Positions 24,731 through 38,909 of a DNA stretch of 64,000 bases are shown here, piece after piece. The translations under genes and the position numbers were made by a program. The notes beneath the pieces were generated by a model. It was not told the origin of the DNA. It did not search any database and saw only the letters and a program-made list of their open reading frames with translations. This DNA comes from Eledone cirrhosa (lineage: Eukaryota): assembly GCA_964016885.1 (NCBI GenBank), contig OZ024741.1:171678001-171742000 (forward strand). Reading direction: 5' to 3'. Within the stretch, counting starts at the first letter, position 1. Each line of letters starts with the position of its first letter.

Positions 24731-26514
24731 ATACGACTTAATAACAACAGCATATGAGAATTTACTGTGTGGTCCTCAAACTAGACAGAGCTATAGCTTA
24801 TCCAGAGCAAGGGATCTGTAGTTTATATGTAGTCATTCAACTGACTAACTACATAACATAAGTTCACTCAATTTGAGTTGATGGGTACTCAAACACAGCA
24901 ACAATAACAACAATGAACTTAAAATGAAACACTATTACCATCATCATCAACATTAACTCCACCTCCCAGATATGACTGCATCTAAAGCCTCCTACCAACT
25001 GGCCATCCATCCTTGCATCATGTTTTCCAGCAATTCTATCAGCAGCAGCCCTCATTGATGTTACTATATTTACCCTAGAATGACAGCTTAAAAACAAAAT
25101 CTACAATTATGTTTCTCCTTAACCACTTTGCTTAATGCACCAAGATAAGTTGGCAGACATCAAAATACAGAAACACACACCACACACACATATATAAAGT
25201 AAATGGACTTTCGGTCAGGTTGAAAGATGATTATTTTAGTTGATCAATCTACTGAAATATCTACAAATTGGGAGGAGTGCATCTTAAATGAGGGGTAATG
25301 GCTGATGCAGTGTGTCACTGGCTGTTCTCTGTGGCAATGGTTTTGTAATCTTTTTCTGCATGATGCAACTGAGATGTACCACCCATCCAAGGGTGTAGAA
25401 TGTTCCCCCTCCACATTTTTATTAATTATTTTTTCCTTTGCCTTCATTTTCTCTCTTCTTGATTATTATTTCATTTCTTTAATACATTAATTAATTTATA
25501 TTTGTTTGTCAACAGAACTAAATAAATAGGTCTACTCACTGAATTACAGTGTATATATGGTTGAATATTCCATAGACACATCTCTTAACCCTTTAGCATT
25601 TAAACCAGCCATATCTGGCCAGAATTCTCTCACCTCTTTCTGTTCAAACCTGCTGTAATTGGCCACTCATACTGATGTTAAGGTATTGATCTCAAAATAA
25701 CTAATATCAAAATCTCATAAATTTAATATTGTAGGAGATAATTATGTAAGGTAACACATTTACTATGAAAATATAATATTAAATATAGAGTAACATAAAT
25801 ACTAAATGATTAATGTTGTTCTTTCACAAAACTAGTGAGACACTGTGTGACAAAGCAAGCTGTTTGTATTACAAGTATAGTTTTAGAATAATGTAAGTGG
25901 ATGAATATTCGACAGACTTGAGACATTTTAATTATAGTTATAGCCCATCTTGTATTATATAGTGTAAGTGAGGACGGTGGATTAGCAGTATCAGTAGAAC
26001 ATGGTACACCATGCTTTGCAGCATAGAGTTATGCCCCTTTACAGTATGAGTTCTAATCTCACCGAGATTAGCATTGCCTTTCATCCTTATGGGGTCGATA
26101 AAATAATGGAGTTGATTTAATTGACTTTTCCCACCCCTTCAAATTGCTGGCCTTGTGCCTAAAGTAGAAACAATGTTTAGTGTATGTGGCTGGATATTCC
26201 ACAAGCATGTGTACCCATAATCCTCAGGGTGAATCAGCATTATACAATAGGTGGCAAGGTAAGACTTTTGAAATACAGGGATAGGCTATCTTGTATTGTG
26301 GATTGGCAATATCAATAGAGCATCAGACAACATGCTTCACAGTTATGGCCCTTTGCATTCTAAGTTCAAATCCTGCTGGAATTAGCTTTACTTTTCAACC
26401 CTATGGGGGTCGATAAAATAAAGCACCAGTAATGCACTGAGGTTGATTTAATTGACTTTTCTCTTCCCTTCAAATTGCTGGCCTTCTGCCTAAAATAGAA
26501 ACAATTATTTAGTA

Positions 26515-27094
26515 CTAGCAGTGGTAACCAGCGTTGTATGGGATAAGGTATTGTGAAATATATAACCGCCTTAGCTAAGCTTAGTATTACCACAACCATG
26601 GCTGGCAAAGAAGTAAGGGTCTGGTGGTACGTAAGTAAGCAACACTGTGGCTTAAAACGCGAGGAAGAAGTTATGTGCACTTACCAACTGTTTGGGGAAT
26701 GAGTGTGAGATTTGTCTTGAGCAAGGGTGGCAGAATAACCGAAGACAGCAGATAGCCAGACGGATATTATAAGGGCGCGTTCTGGACGCAGAGCGAATTG
26801 TAGAAAGTGACGTAATGCAGACAGCCAGACATACAGACAGATATTATAAGGGCGCGACGTTATATGTATGTATCTATCTAAAAAGAGAAAGAATAAGAAT
26901 TATAGAGAGAGATCGCTAAATCGCCTATTGTGGTCCGTAGGGCCATGAAAATTTGAAATTTCATTTGCTCAGAACACTCCCTGAAACATAAGTATTACAT
27001 GTGTAAAGTTTGAGAACAGTCGGTTGGGTGCTTCTCTAGTTTTAGGGATTCAAACTCACACAGACAGACATCCTCAGTTTTATATATAAATAGA
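26515..27094 (-). mobile_element. Non-autonomous Helitron
   Basis: Minus: a|TCtatttatatataaaactgaggatgtctgtctgt start; decayed cccatacaacgctgg hairpin and CTAG|t end. Confidence 0.7.
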
Positions 27095-29698
27095 TAAATT
27101 GCTGAATATTCCACAAACATGTACACACCTCATGCAGAATCAGCATGACACATATAAGATGATTGAACATTTGAAATAAAGATATAGTCAGTTACACTAC
27201 CACACATATTCTGTCTTCCCACCAAGGTGATATGCAGTAGGATCAAAGCTGAAGTCCCTATGATTATGGAACAAACTTCATAAGAACTGGGCTGCACACA
27301 CACACACACGTAAACACATACGCATTTATACAAATATAATGATATTCAACTGCAAACACACATACACACACATGTAAAGTAGGTGGTGTTATGAAGGGCA
27401 TCTAAATGTAGAGATTATGCCAAAATATGGAATATATGAGCAAGACATGGTTATCAAACTCTGTCTTGTTCTGGGCCATGACAACCTGTCCAACCCATGC
27501 CAGCAGGGAAAACAGATGTAAAATGATGATGATGAGGTTGATGGTAGTTTCTTAATGCACTCAAATGGACACTCAAATGTACAAACATATTGATTTCCTT
27601 TAAAGTAAAGGCTATCACATGATTGTCTAGAAATTGTATTTCTTTGCATGTGTATATAATACATACATATGCATGTTTATACACACACTGAAATGCACAT
27701 TAATACACACACCAACAGATTTATTTTCAATATCCTTTAGCTAATGCACTGAGGTAATGGACACCAGCAATATACATACATCTACACTTAACACCAGTGC
27801 ACATTGCTTTGTATATCTTTCTCTATTTAATGCCCCAGAGAAGGTCAACAAAGGGTAACACATGCGTTCACACACACACTTGCATACATATACTTATGAA
27901 TTGATATATTTGTTTTCATATAGCTTTACATTATAACATGCTTAAATCATAATGTACATCCCATTAAATATATATTAAATGCAAATATAAGCACACAAGC
28001 AATGAAGTGCACATATACTGCCATATGTATATATATATATATCGTGTAGGTGTCACGAGAAAAAAACACACAGTCCATGCTGTAATGTGGCCGTGTAGGT
28101 AACACGGTAAAAAGTTCCCAGTTCCACACTGTAAATGTGGTTGGTGTTAGGAAGAGCATCCAGCCATTGAAAACCTGCCAGATAGTCCTATATGAGTGAG
28201 ACACGGTCACCCAACCAATCTTGCCTCAAGTGGGACAACTCCCGTCTAACCCATGCTAGCATGGGAAATGGACGTTAAACGAAGTTGATTATGATGATGA
28301 TGATGATATATATATATATTTTTTTTATTTGTTGTGCTCATAATTGTTTTGGCCTTAATATACTGGTTGGATGCCCTTCCTAACACCAGCATCACTTTAC
28401 AGCATGGACTGAGTGCTTTTATTCGTGCCACCAGCACTAGTGAGATTGTCTTACTCGACTCAGTGGATCTCTCCACCCCATGGACATGTGTGCACATGGA
28501 TGATGACTGCTGGATAAAGAAGCGCCAAGAAATCTCAGTAGAAGGAAGACGCAGTAGAGGAAGACCACAGAAATCATGGGCAGAGGTGGTGGGAGCTGAT
28601 CTCAGATCACTGAAGCTCATGGAGGAGATGAGGAAGGACCATGAAGAATAGAAAGATGCTGTGCTGAATAGGACCCGTCCCAACCTTGCAAGCAGGGAAA
28701 AGCAGACGTAAAATGATGATGATGATTATATTCTTTTCCCTCTTCTTCTTCACTACCAGCATCATCACCACCAGTGTATTTATACCATCACATTCATCAT
28801 GTCATTAACAAAATCATCAATACCATCATTATTATCCTTATCCTCATCCATACACACATACATATGAGGGAACAGCAGCTTAAATCTTTTTCTACACCCA
28901 TCTAACTCCTATGGCCTGCATGCTTCACCCCTTTTCCTCTAATCTGCTCTCCCCATTGCAACCCACAACCATGTCACATCTACATGTACAACGATGCATA
29001 TGCACCATCCCTGCACCACATGAAAATACTCCCACACATTTTTAGATACATTATGCATACAACAAATAATTTAATATACTAGCTAAAAAAACACACGCAT
29101 ATAAACATATACATACTCGAAGACACACACAAATCTGCACATGTACATACCTTTTCAGTTAGTGTCATATATTGTTGCATAACTATTATTATATAACAGT
29201 CATTTTATGTTTATTTTCACTCCTGTTATTTCACCTTTTGGAGTTACGTAATGTTTATCTTCTCTTATTACTTTATTTGATACCCACACTGACCAATTAC
29301 ACACATATACTGTACCAATACACACAAGCATACATACACACCATCACCAACTACATACGCACCACTTCAAGCAACACACACACCTACACACAAAGTAGAA
29401 TTAGATATAACACACACACTTATATGTTCCTCTTTTTTATCTTCTTTTATCTATGAACCCATCTTTGTGTTACTTCCGGTCTTTGAAACATCTCTTTGTA
29501 TTTCTCTACTCTTGATGAAGCGTTAACATCCAATATGTTGAACTTTCTTTTCTCAAGAATCTACTTAATAAGACTATTATTGTCTCTGTGTTTATCTTTT
29601 TTTGACTTTATATATATATAGAGAGAGAGATAGGTAGAACACTGGAAGGTAATATCCGTAGTGGTAGAGCACTCAGTCCATGGGATGAGATGGGTAGA

Positions 29699-29826
29699 AG
29701 TGGTTATACAACAGTTAATTCACCATAGAGAACAATTGTTTCACCTTAGCGGATCCTCAGCTCGTAATGGACATGTCCATTACGAGCTGAAGATCCGCTA
29801 AGTGAACTAACTGTTGTGTAACCACT
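29699..29826. repeat. Spacerless palindrome/foldback containing a hammerhead motif
   Basis: Axis in ggacatgtcc (29773/29774); 29-bp inner arms with 1 mismatch; outer arms pair after a ~20-nt indel. Confidence 0.9.
29728..29763 (-). ncRNA. Minimal type I hammerhead motif
   Basis: Minus: gag CTGAGGA tccgctaaggt GAAA caattg TT^ ctc; weak stem II, palindromic stem III. Confidence 0.6.
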
Positions 29827-30123
29827 ATTTATATATATATAGTAAGACCACAATTTACAAACGAGTTATGTTCCCATACTATAGGTACGATTTCGGCTCA
29901 TCTTTACACTACAAAAGAAGGAACCCTTTTTATGCTGCAAAAGAAGGGACTCAGGTCCCAAAAGAGCCCACAAAAATGCGAATTTTAAACTCAGATCAAA
30001 TTTTTTTTCTTTATGAGACTTTTCATATCTGCAGAAGTTCATATGTAAGATGTTTGTAAGGTTGGAACTTTCTCTCTATATATATATCTATATATATATA
30101 TGTGTGTGTGTGTGTATATATAT

Positions 30124-32336
30124 TGTAGTGACCTACATTCTGCAGGCTCACATACATTCTCTGTGTGGGATTTGGCTCAGCCAATCAGCGCCAGTAGAAG
30201 AGAATGTATCTCTACGCGCCCTGAGGGAAAATTCCCGCATTGATTTGAAGAATCAGCCTCTCGCATCCTGAACTTCGAAGGAGCAGCACGCACAGAGAAT
30301 GTATGTTAGCCCACGGAATGTAGGTCACTACAATACTCCCCCTCTAGACGTAAGACGGTACAGATTATTGAATTAGCAGAAAAAAATACTGAAAGAGCAC
30401 ATCAGTGAAAAAGATAATTGAACAGAAGAATGCATGCAAGAAAAAAATGAGGTGCTAAGGGCCGTGTCGAGCCGCTGTGTCAAATGACTAGCTGTTTTGT
30501 AGTTTATGTGACCACTAAGGGTCTAACAGAAAACGGATAAAGTCTGACATGGGCAGAAGTTGCTGTTCTTGCATTAAATGTTAATGGTAAGTGTTGTACC
30601 AGTAGCTGTGGATGAAGCTATTATGGTAGTTTACCAGTGCTGGCAAGAAGATGATGGTTAGGCGAAAAAATGTCGGCCTCCCAGATATATTGCCGAAAGT
30701 GCTTGGCAGCCAGGAAAAAATGGCTGGTTGATTTGTAAAGAAAAAAGCAAGTTGAATCTGTAGGTGGGTAGTAGTTGCAGTGTAAATTCCAGAATTCCGG
30801 CGAATCCACAGAAGTGGTGGAAATGCTGACAGGTCCAGTTACATTTGTTGTTTTCCCAGTGAGTCGGGTAAGGTAACAAGATGGAGGTTATGGACGATGA
30901 GTGTGCAACGAGATGCGAAACTGTTTGAGTTCAGCTGCAATTAGCATTCTCGTGTTGCGGTGCAGGTGAATTAAGCTGCAAAGTATCGATAGCATGTTTG
31001 GTGTCTCCACAAAGTGAGAAGGGATCTCGCAGAATTTTACGACGTTTGAATATCATACACCAAGAACAACAACATGTTGGTGTGTGTCAAAGAAATATGT
31101 GTGCATATGCAGGCATGTAATACAGCAAAGAATGTGTGGGTGCAGTCATATATACAATGATACAATCATATATACAATGATAAAAAAAAAAAATGAATTT
31201 TCATATAATACAGTTTAAAAAAAATAAATGTCCAAACATTGCCTGAAAAAAAAAGGAAGAAAGAAAGAATTGTTTCTTTTCTTTTAACAAAAAGTTCGCC
31301 TTTTCTTTTCTTTGGGAAGCTAGTAGAATTTTTTTGTTGTTGTTGCTATCGAAGCGAAGTCGAGCGTTGAAGAGCCGTAAGTCTGTTTGTATTGCAGGAA
31401 GCCGTATCGAAAGAAAAATGTTTCCGCGCCATAATTTTGAAAATACAGCCAATTTTTTCTTTCAAAGATGTTGTCGCAGGCGGGTTCATGAAAGTTCAAC
31501 CACGTGTTGTTCTTCTTAAAAAAAAAAAAAAACTACTTCCATTTCTTTTTCTTAACGGTAGAGACGATAGAAGAGGTGAAAGCGTAGAAGTAGAGGCTAT
31601 GAAGCTGCCACTTCGCTAGTCCCTGTTGTTGGTTAATAGTTAACCAAGTGTTGTCGCTGCTGCTGATGGCTGGTAGTAGAGAAGTACTTGGTGGTAGCCA
31701 TTTTGAAATTTCCTCGTGGCGAAAATCCTTTTAAATACTGCTAATTTTTTTTTTATTTTAAAAGGAATATTTTGAACTGAAAATATTCATCACGTCGAGG
31801 TCACCATTTTTAGCAGCATAGTATATAAATGTTATTGGGACACGAGTAACATAATAATGATGTCAACAGCAGAAATTAGAGATGAAATGTATGTTTATTT
31901 TTGTTGCAGCACAAATAATTGTTCTACGTTTGGCACAAGGCCAGCAATTACCCAGTGCATTACTGGTACTTTATTTTATCGACCCCGTAAGGATGAAAGG
32001 CAAAGTTAACCTCGGCGGGATTGTTGTAGCACAAATAATGTTTGTTAATTTGTATGGTGGAAGTTACACATAAAATGAGGTTACCAAAAGGGAATGTGCC
32101 ATTGTGCCAAGCCCAAGGAAGGCCGGCAGGCCAAAGGGCAAAATCTCACTGTTACATGCTGTACATGCTGCTCCTTCGAAGTTCAGGATGCGAGAGGCTG
32201 ATTCTTCAAATCAACGCGGGAATTTTTCCCTCAGGGTGCGTAGAGATACATTCTCTTCTACTGGCGCTGATTTGCTGAGCTGAGCCAAACCACGCACAGA
32301 GAATGTATGTGAGCCCACGGAATGTAGGTCACGACA
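30124..32336 (-). mobile_element. Decayed Gypsy-type LTR retrotransposon derivative with rearranged 3' LTR
   Basis: 5' LTR about 31809-32336, PBS-Trp atcacgtcgaggtcacca 31789-31806, PPT agagggggag at 30336-30345, 46 bp of 3' LTR, then an inverted ~165-bp copy of the LTR start. Confidence 0.85.
31920..32020 (-). mobile_element. 5'-truncated SINE family 2 inserted in the LTR, 19-bp TSD
   Basis: ttgttg(c/t)agcacaaataat at 31901-31919 and 32021-32039. Confidence 0.85.
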
Positions 32337-32874
32337 TATATATAATATTCAAGAACCCCTATATCTGCAGATGGATATGTGTATGAGTGTACATTCAGGC
32401 AAAATATACTTAATAATGTTTTCTACATATGTGTTATATTTAATAATAATAAAAAACTTCTGCCAACCATCTTGCAATGTACCAACTGTAGGCTTTTGGA
32501 AAGAACAATAGCTATCAATGATCTCTTTGGAGTGAAACAATACTATATTTTGTAGAGCTTCAAGGTATAACAATAAATCAATATATATATATACTAATAG
32601 GTTGATGAAATCACAATACCAAAAGGTGCTTCACTCATGCATGGTAGTATGACATAATACCACACACTGCCATATTCAATGCTAACTGAGGTTAATCAAT
32701 TGCAGATTATATATCGACAGAATTTGGAAGTGAGATAGCAAAATTGAACAAATTAATTAGGGTCATAAACAGCTAACATTAAGCAATTGATGATTGGGTC
32801 AGTCAGTAAAACATTAATAAAATGCTGATAATTACCCAAACCAGTGCTAATTTCACCAGCGTTTTGTATGTTTG

Positions 32875-32938
<64 letters not shown>

Positions 32939-33935
32939 TATATTTATTTATTCAGTGCATATATATATTCAGCATCATCACAGTTTAATGTTCATTTTTC
33001 CTTGCTAGCATAGGTTTGACAACTTGTCCCATTGGGAGACAAGTCAGATCAGATGACCGTGTCTTGCTCACACTGAACTGTTTCTGGCTTGGTTTCTATA
33101 ATTGGATGCCCTTTCTAACGCCAACCACATTTACAGTATGGACTAGGTGATTTTTTCAAACCACCAAAACCACCAACTGATACTTTGAAGTAGGTGCTGT
33201 TTGGAATATCACCAACACAACCAATTTACATAGCGGACTAGGTACATTTTGTCATGTCACAAATACAACTACTTTACAGGGTGGACTGGATGCTTTTTGT
33301 CATGGCACCAAGACAACCACCTTACAGGGTGGGCTGGGAGCTTTTAGCCATTTTGGGAGAGCATATCCCACTTTCCGTACTTGTAGACATAGGTCGGGTG
33401 AGAAAGGTGTACCAGATGTGGAAGGTGGATGATGAGGGAGAGTTTGTTGCATATATGCAGGAAGCAGATTGGAGTAGGTCTAATGTAGGTTATTTAGCTG
33501 GTGGTGGGTGAAGTGTTAAGACGTGGGAAGTGTAAACAAAGTTTTTTTTGTCTTGTCAGCAGCATTTTTGGAGGAAAGGAGCAGATTTGGAGTGTGTACT
33601 AGTTTCCATGCTTCTATGTAGGGTTTGAGCAGGATCAGAGAGGTACCACAGGAGTGTATATCGTTGAACATGGATGAGGTAGATGTGGTAGGGTATTTAG
33701 ATCGTGCGGAGCAAGGGCATTAAGACTAGGGAAGGTGAATGGTGGAGGGGGAGGGAAATGCTAGTTGCAGTCTAATATCCTTTAGAGGTTGTTCCATTCT
33801 GGTCATATGGGAAGGCAAGTCTTCTGTAGCACAGTATATCACTAGAGAACCCAATCCTATGTCATCTCATTTGAGAGGTTTAATTGTTAAAGGCCAGCTT
33901 TTATTACTTCATCTCAAAGTTTTACCTAACCTCTA

Positions 33936-35310
33936 TCAATTTCCTAGCTGTAAAACCAGACCTAAAAAGTAACCTGCACAAGTCCTATAGAAAACCAAAT
34001 GATCAACTTTCCTACATAAACACAAGATCCTGTCATCTCCAATAGTATTTAAGAATCTCTGTTTAGCAGCTAGCTTGGACTCAACAGTATCTCTAGATAT
34101 CTTTGCCAGACGCTTAGCATTGACTTTACTGGGGAGGCTTAACAAGGAGACCCCTCTATAATTGGAGCAATCTTTTTTGTCTCCCTTTTTGGAAATTGGG
34201 ATTATCTCTCCTGATTGCCATTGCTCAAGTGCCCTTCCAGAAATCCAGGCAACCTTGCACACCTGAGTCAGAAATAATCTATTTAATGCTTTTAACATCT
34301 CAGGCTGATTTTCATCCACCCTAGTAGCCTTCTCACATTTGAGCTTTCTAATTGCTCCTGTGATCTCAGTCACCAAGAGGTTAGTCATCAATCCAAGATG
34401 CATCTCATATACATCAGAAGATGGTGTTGTGACTGAGTTTTGGTGATCTGAAATTTATATGCCACCTTCTGATGATGGACTTCTCTGGAGACAATAGAAC
34501 CCTAGACAGTTTCCTGATAGCAGGCATAGAGGAAGACTTCTTATTACAAAGTCGGTGGATGGTCTGCCAGAACACTTTACAAGCTTATCTGAAGTTGGAT
34601 TTCAACTTAAACACAAAGTCTTCACATGTCATATCATCGGATGTGTTTACTGTCCCTACTGTAACTTTTCATGCTTGCTTGTATCGTAAGTGCAAGAAGG
34701 AAGAGTTATTTCAAAGCCAAGCTTTGTAAGCCTCCATCTTTGCTTGGATGACATCTTTCACTGCTTGATTGAACCAAGCGTTCTTCCTATCAACAATTGC
34801 TACACCAAACTGTTTTGGCTCGCAACATTTAACAGCTGAATCAGAAAATGGCAGGTTGAAGTGACTCCACTCAATTTCTATGTCCTCAGTTTGCTCAGAG
34901 AGTTCTCTGAATTTAGATGCAATAGTATTCTTAAACCTGTTCCTGACTTCCTTATTAGCCAACACTTCACATTTTATTCTATAGTTTGAGCTAGCCATGC
35001 AAGTTTTGTGGGCTCTCTTGGCTTTAGGTATTCCCAGGCTGCAGATAACTATATGATAATCAGTTGACAGCTCAGCCCCTCTCTTAACACAAACAATCAG
35101 TAAAGAATCAAACAGATCAGAGAATATAATGAAATCATTTATTGTTTTCTGTACCTGTTTCCCTTTATACAATGTGAATTTATAGATGTCTTTGTGCTGG
35201 AAGAAGGTGTTCTTAATGGAGATCCCATTACTAAAACAGAAGTGTAATAAGGCTTCTCCATTTGTATTTAGATTGAAATCACCATTCCTTCCAGTCACTC
35301 ATTTCCATGT
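33936..35310 (-). mobile_element. Decayed RTE-type LINE (APE endonuclease C-terminus, linker, RT start)
   Basis: NGEALLHFC..NTFFQHK, KRGAELSTDYH, GDKKDCSNYRGVSLLSLPSKV. Confidence 0.85.
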
Positions 35311-36634
35311 CAGCTAGTCAGGTACATCATTTTGTTGAAATAAAGTTTCACTTGAAGTAATAGGTGAAACCATAGTTGTGTATGATATGTATATATATAT
35401 ATATATATATGAGTCCCGGATTCAATCAGGAGTAACCACAGTAAGTAAGGTACTCAATAAATTAATAGAGTGTATACAACAAATCCTGATGATTTCCTTC
35501 AAATTAAACAGTTCTAGTCCCGTAGAAGCTATTTCTATAATAAATTTGTTATATATATCATCATTTAGTGTCTATTTTTCCATGCTTGCATGGGTTATAT
35601 ATATATCATCGTTTTATGTCCACTTTTCCCTGATTGCAAGGGTGGGATGGGTCCTATTCAGCACAGCATCTCTCCACTTGTCACGGTCCTTCGTCATCTG
35701 TGAGCTTCAGCAATCTGAGGTCTGCTCTCACCACCTCTGCCCATGTTTTGTGTGGTCTTCCTCTACTGTGTCTTCCTTCTACTGGGGTTTCTAGGCACTT
35801 CTTTACCCAGCGGTCATCCTCCATGTGCATCAAATGTCCATACCATCGCAGTCTTCTCTCCCACACACTACAACTATATATATATATATATACAAAATAT
35901 ATATATATCGACAGTTGATCTACAAGATCTCAGACTATGTCAAATTGGACCGAGGAAACAATGTTTCCATTGGTCTTTCCAATTGCTAATACTATTTGTC
36001 TGTCACAAATCTAGACACAAGGAACAACGTGAAATAGTATCTTGCTCAAGGACATAACGCATCACCTAATCTGGGAATAAAAATCAGAACCTCATGATTG
36101 CAAATCCAATTCTCTAATCACTCAGCTATGCGTCTTCACAAATATATGTTTTTGAACAATCAGCCAACCACCTTCTTCCCTCTCTCTCTCTCATATATAT
36201 ATATATATGTATATATATATCATCATCATCATCATCATCATTTTATGTCGGCTTTTTCCCTGCTTGCAAGGGTGGGACGGGAACTGATTCTGGCTTGATT
36301 TCTACAGCTGGATGCCCTTCCTAACACCAACCTCATTTACAGTGAGTGGTGGGTGCTTTTTTTTTTCTGTGGCGCCTACACGTCCACTTTACAGTGTGGG
36401 CTGGGTGCATTTTTGCCGTGGCACCTACACATCCACTCTACAGTGGAATGATATGGACCCCAGTCCCTATCATCTCATTTCTACAGCTGAGTAAACTGGA
36501 GCAATGTGAAATAAAGTGTCTTGTTCAAGGAAACAACACATCACCCGGTCTTAGAATTGAACTCACAACCTTTCGATTGCAAGATCAATGCTCTAACCAC
36601 TAAGCCATCTGCCTCCATATATATATATATTTAT

Positions 36635-37312
36635 ATATTGTTATGCTTTGGGAGGGTCATGTTGCCAATAAGAAACACACGCACCAGTTGCTTTCACTCC
36701 AATTTATTATAAATTAAATTTATAAATTTCTGGTTGGTTGATTGGTTCCACAACCAGACAATTGTTCATATATTGTCAAAGTTCTTTCGTCACACATTTT
36801 GTGACCTCTTCAGTGACTGGGGATTCTTTTCTTTGTTTTTGTGCCTCTCCTTTGTTCTGTCCTACACCATCTTGTTTGTGTGTATGTTGTGTGCTTAGTT
36901 TGCGCTTGTGTTACATCCGGGTGTTTGTGTGTGTTTATATTTGTTTATTTATTTGTTTATTTACATGTTACTGGTTGGTTGTTTGTTCTATGTGTGTGTG
37001 TGTTTTCAGTTTGTCCTTAATTGTAAGTTGTGATGTTGCTATTCCATTCATGTTTTCTATTTAATTTTGGTTAGAGTTTATTTATGTTTATTGCCTCTGT
37101 GATGTGTCTAAACATTGCGTCTTTTCTGTGTGTAGATTCTATTTTTATTTCTATGTTCTCTAATTTACCCTTATGTTTATAATAAATTGGAGTGAAAGCA
37201 ACTGGTGCGCGTGTTTCTTATTGGCAACATGACCCTCCCAAAGCATAACAATATCAGTTTCAACACACGTTTTCAGATAAAGAATCTTGCTAAACAAATT
37301 CAGAAACGAAAT
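36635..37312 (-). mobile_element. Penelope-type non-autonomous element with 79-bp inverted repeats and a hammerhead
   Basis: 36635-36713 vs 37176-37254 inverted (1 mismatch); TA-rich flanks. Confidence 0.7.
36775..36817 (-). ncRNA. Minimal type I hammerhead motif
   Basis: Minus: gtca CTGAAGA g gtcaca aaatg tgtgac GAAA gaac TT^ tgac. Confidence 0.65.
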
Positions 37313-37487
37313 ATATTTATATACATATATATATAATATATATATTTATATAATAAATGTAATCTGAGTTTTTCGAATATTAATAATAACATTCAATTCG
37401 TTTGCAATTATGCAAACAAGCTTCAATTTTATAGCCATGTCAATAGAATGAACACTTCATTCTTGCTCTTGTGTTGGCATGTAAACA

Positions 37488-37537
37488 GAACTGCAGACAC
37501 TAATGTTTCTGGGCATCACCCTTCATCAGTACAGCTC
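37488..37537 (-). ncRNA. Type I hammerhead motif
   Basis: Minus: gagctgta CTGATGA a gggt gat gccc a GAAA ca ttag tg TC^ tgcagttc; 8-bp stem I, GUC site. Confidence 0.75.
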
Positions 37538-38858
37538 ACTGTTCACCTGCCAAACTGTCAGAGCTAGTGAAAATATATGCTATTTTCAAAAATACACGGT
37601 GACTGATCGGCCTGATTTGCATATTAGCAGACTGGCTGATCAGTCTGATCTGCATATTAGCAGATCAGCCAGATTTGCATATCAGCAGAATGGCCAGTCA
37701 GTTTCCTGTGTACGAGCGATAAATGGTTGGCTTTGCCACATTCAACTAAAATAAAAAAATGTATATATATATGTATATATATATATATGTGTGTATGTGT
37801 GTGTGGCGGTATATATATATATGTATCTATATATATTGTTGTACTTTGTGAAGGTCAAAAACGAAAAATATATATATAAAAGAGAGAAAGAAAGAGGTGA
37901 TAGGTTGATGTTCCAAAACATTGAGGGAATTGTTTTATCAAATTATGTCAGCAACTTGCATTCATTGCAGCAATTTGACATTTGTTGTAACAATTTTGTT
38001 GATTGGTGAATAATTTGTATTATTGTGAGCAAAGGCTTGAATTTGTTGGAAGGGGAAGTGAATTTCATCGACCCCATTAACTGACTGGTACATATTTTAT
38101 TAACTAAAGAAAGACAAAATGTAAAGCTAACTTTGATGAGATTCAAATTCAAAATGTCATCATCATTATTTGATGTTTGCTTGGTTGGACAGATTTTCAC
38201 TGAAGAGTCTGTACTGAAGACAAGCTACTGACTTCTCAGATACATTCCTGCACTCTACCAACTGTTCAGATGGGCTTGGGGCTAACATCGTGCTTATACA
38301 TATTCCCATACTTGACTGAGTGTTCTGTCAAGCCAAAAAAATGTAACTAAACAGCATCTCAACAATTTTGTTTTCTTTTTTTTAATAATAATAAAGTTAG
38401 GGGAATTTTTTTAAATTCCAAATGGAAATGAATAAGTTCCAAGCCTGTTAAATACATTCCATTTTAAAATGTAATGAACTTAAATTCTTTCAAAAACTGT
38501 AATATCCAGAGTGTAGGATTCCCTGTTACTTTAATTTATCAATTTAGCTTAATAAATTACATTCCTACAAGAACTGCAATATTTAGAAGGGGATCTATGG
38601 TCAATTTAATTTATTTTAATAGATTCACATTACTACAACAACAGCAATATTTAGATGGGGATCTGTAGTTGCTTTAATTTAATTTAAAAATCTCATGATA
38701 CTACAAGATCTGCAATATTTAAGAGAAGAATCTGTAGTTAATTTAATGTAATTGCTTCCCTACAGTGATTTTATCATAGCCCTGAAATAGTGAAAAGCAA
38801 ATTTCACTTCCTCCTCTTACTTTCTCTCTTTTTCTCTTTCTTTCTTTCTTTCTTTCTT

Positions 38859-38909
<51 letters not shown>

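Noticed and set aside
30621-30879. Intact gag/pol ORF in the LTR element
   Set aside because: Only short ORFs without convincing gag, RT or integrase motifs
38197-38242. ctgaaga-gtct..agac hammerhead-like motif
   Set aside because: GAAA core absent; similar incomplete motifs at 51869 and 58554 also lack a valid core or stem III/stem I
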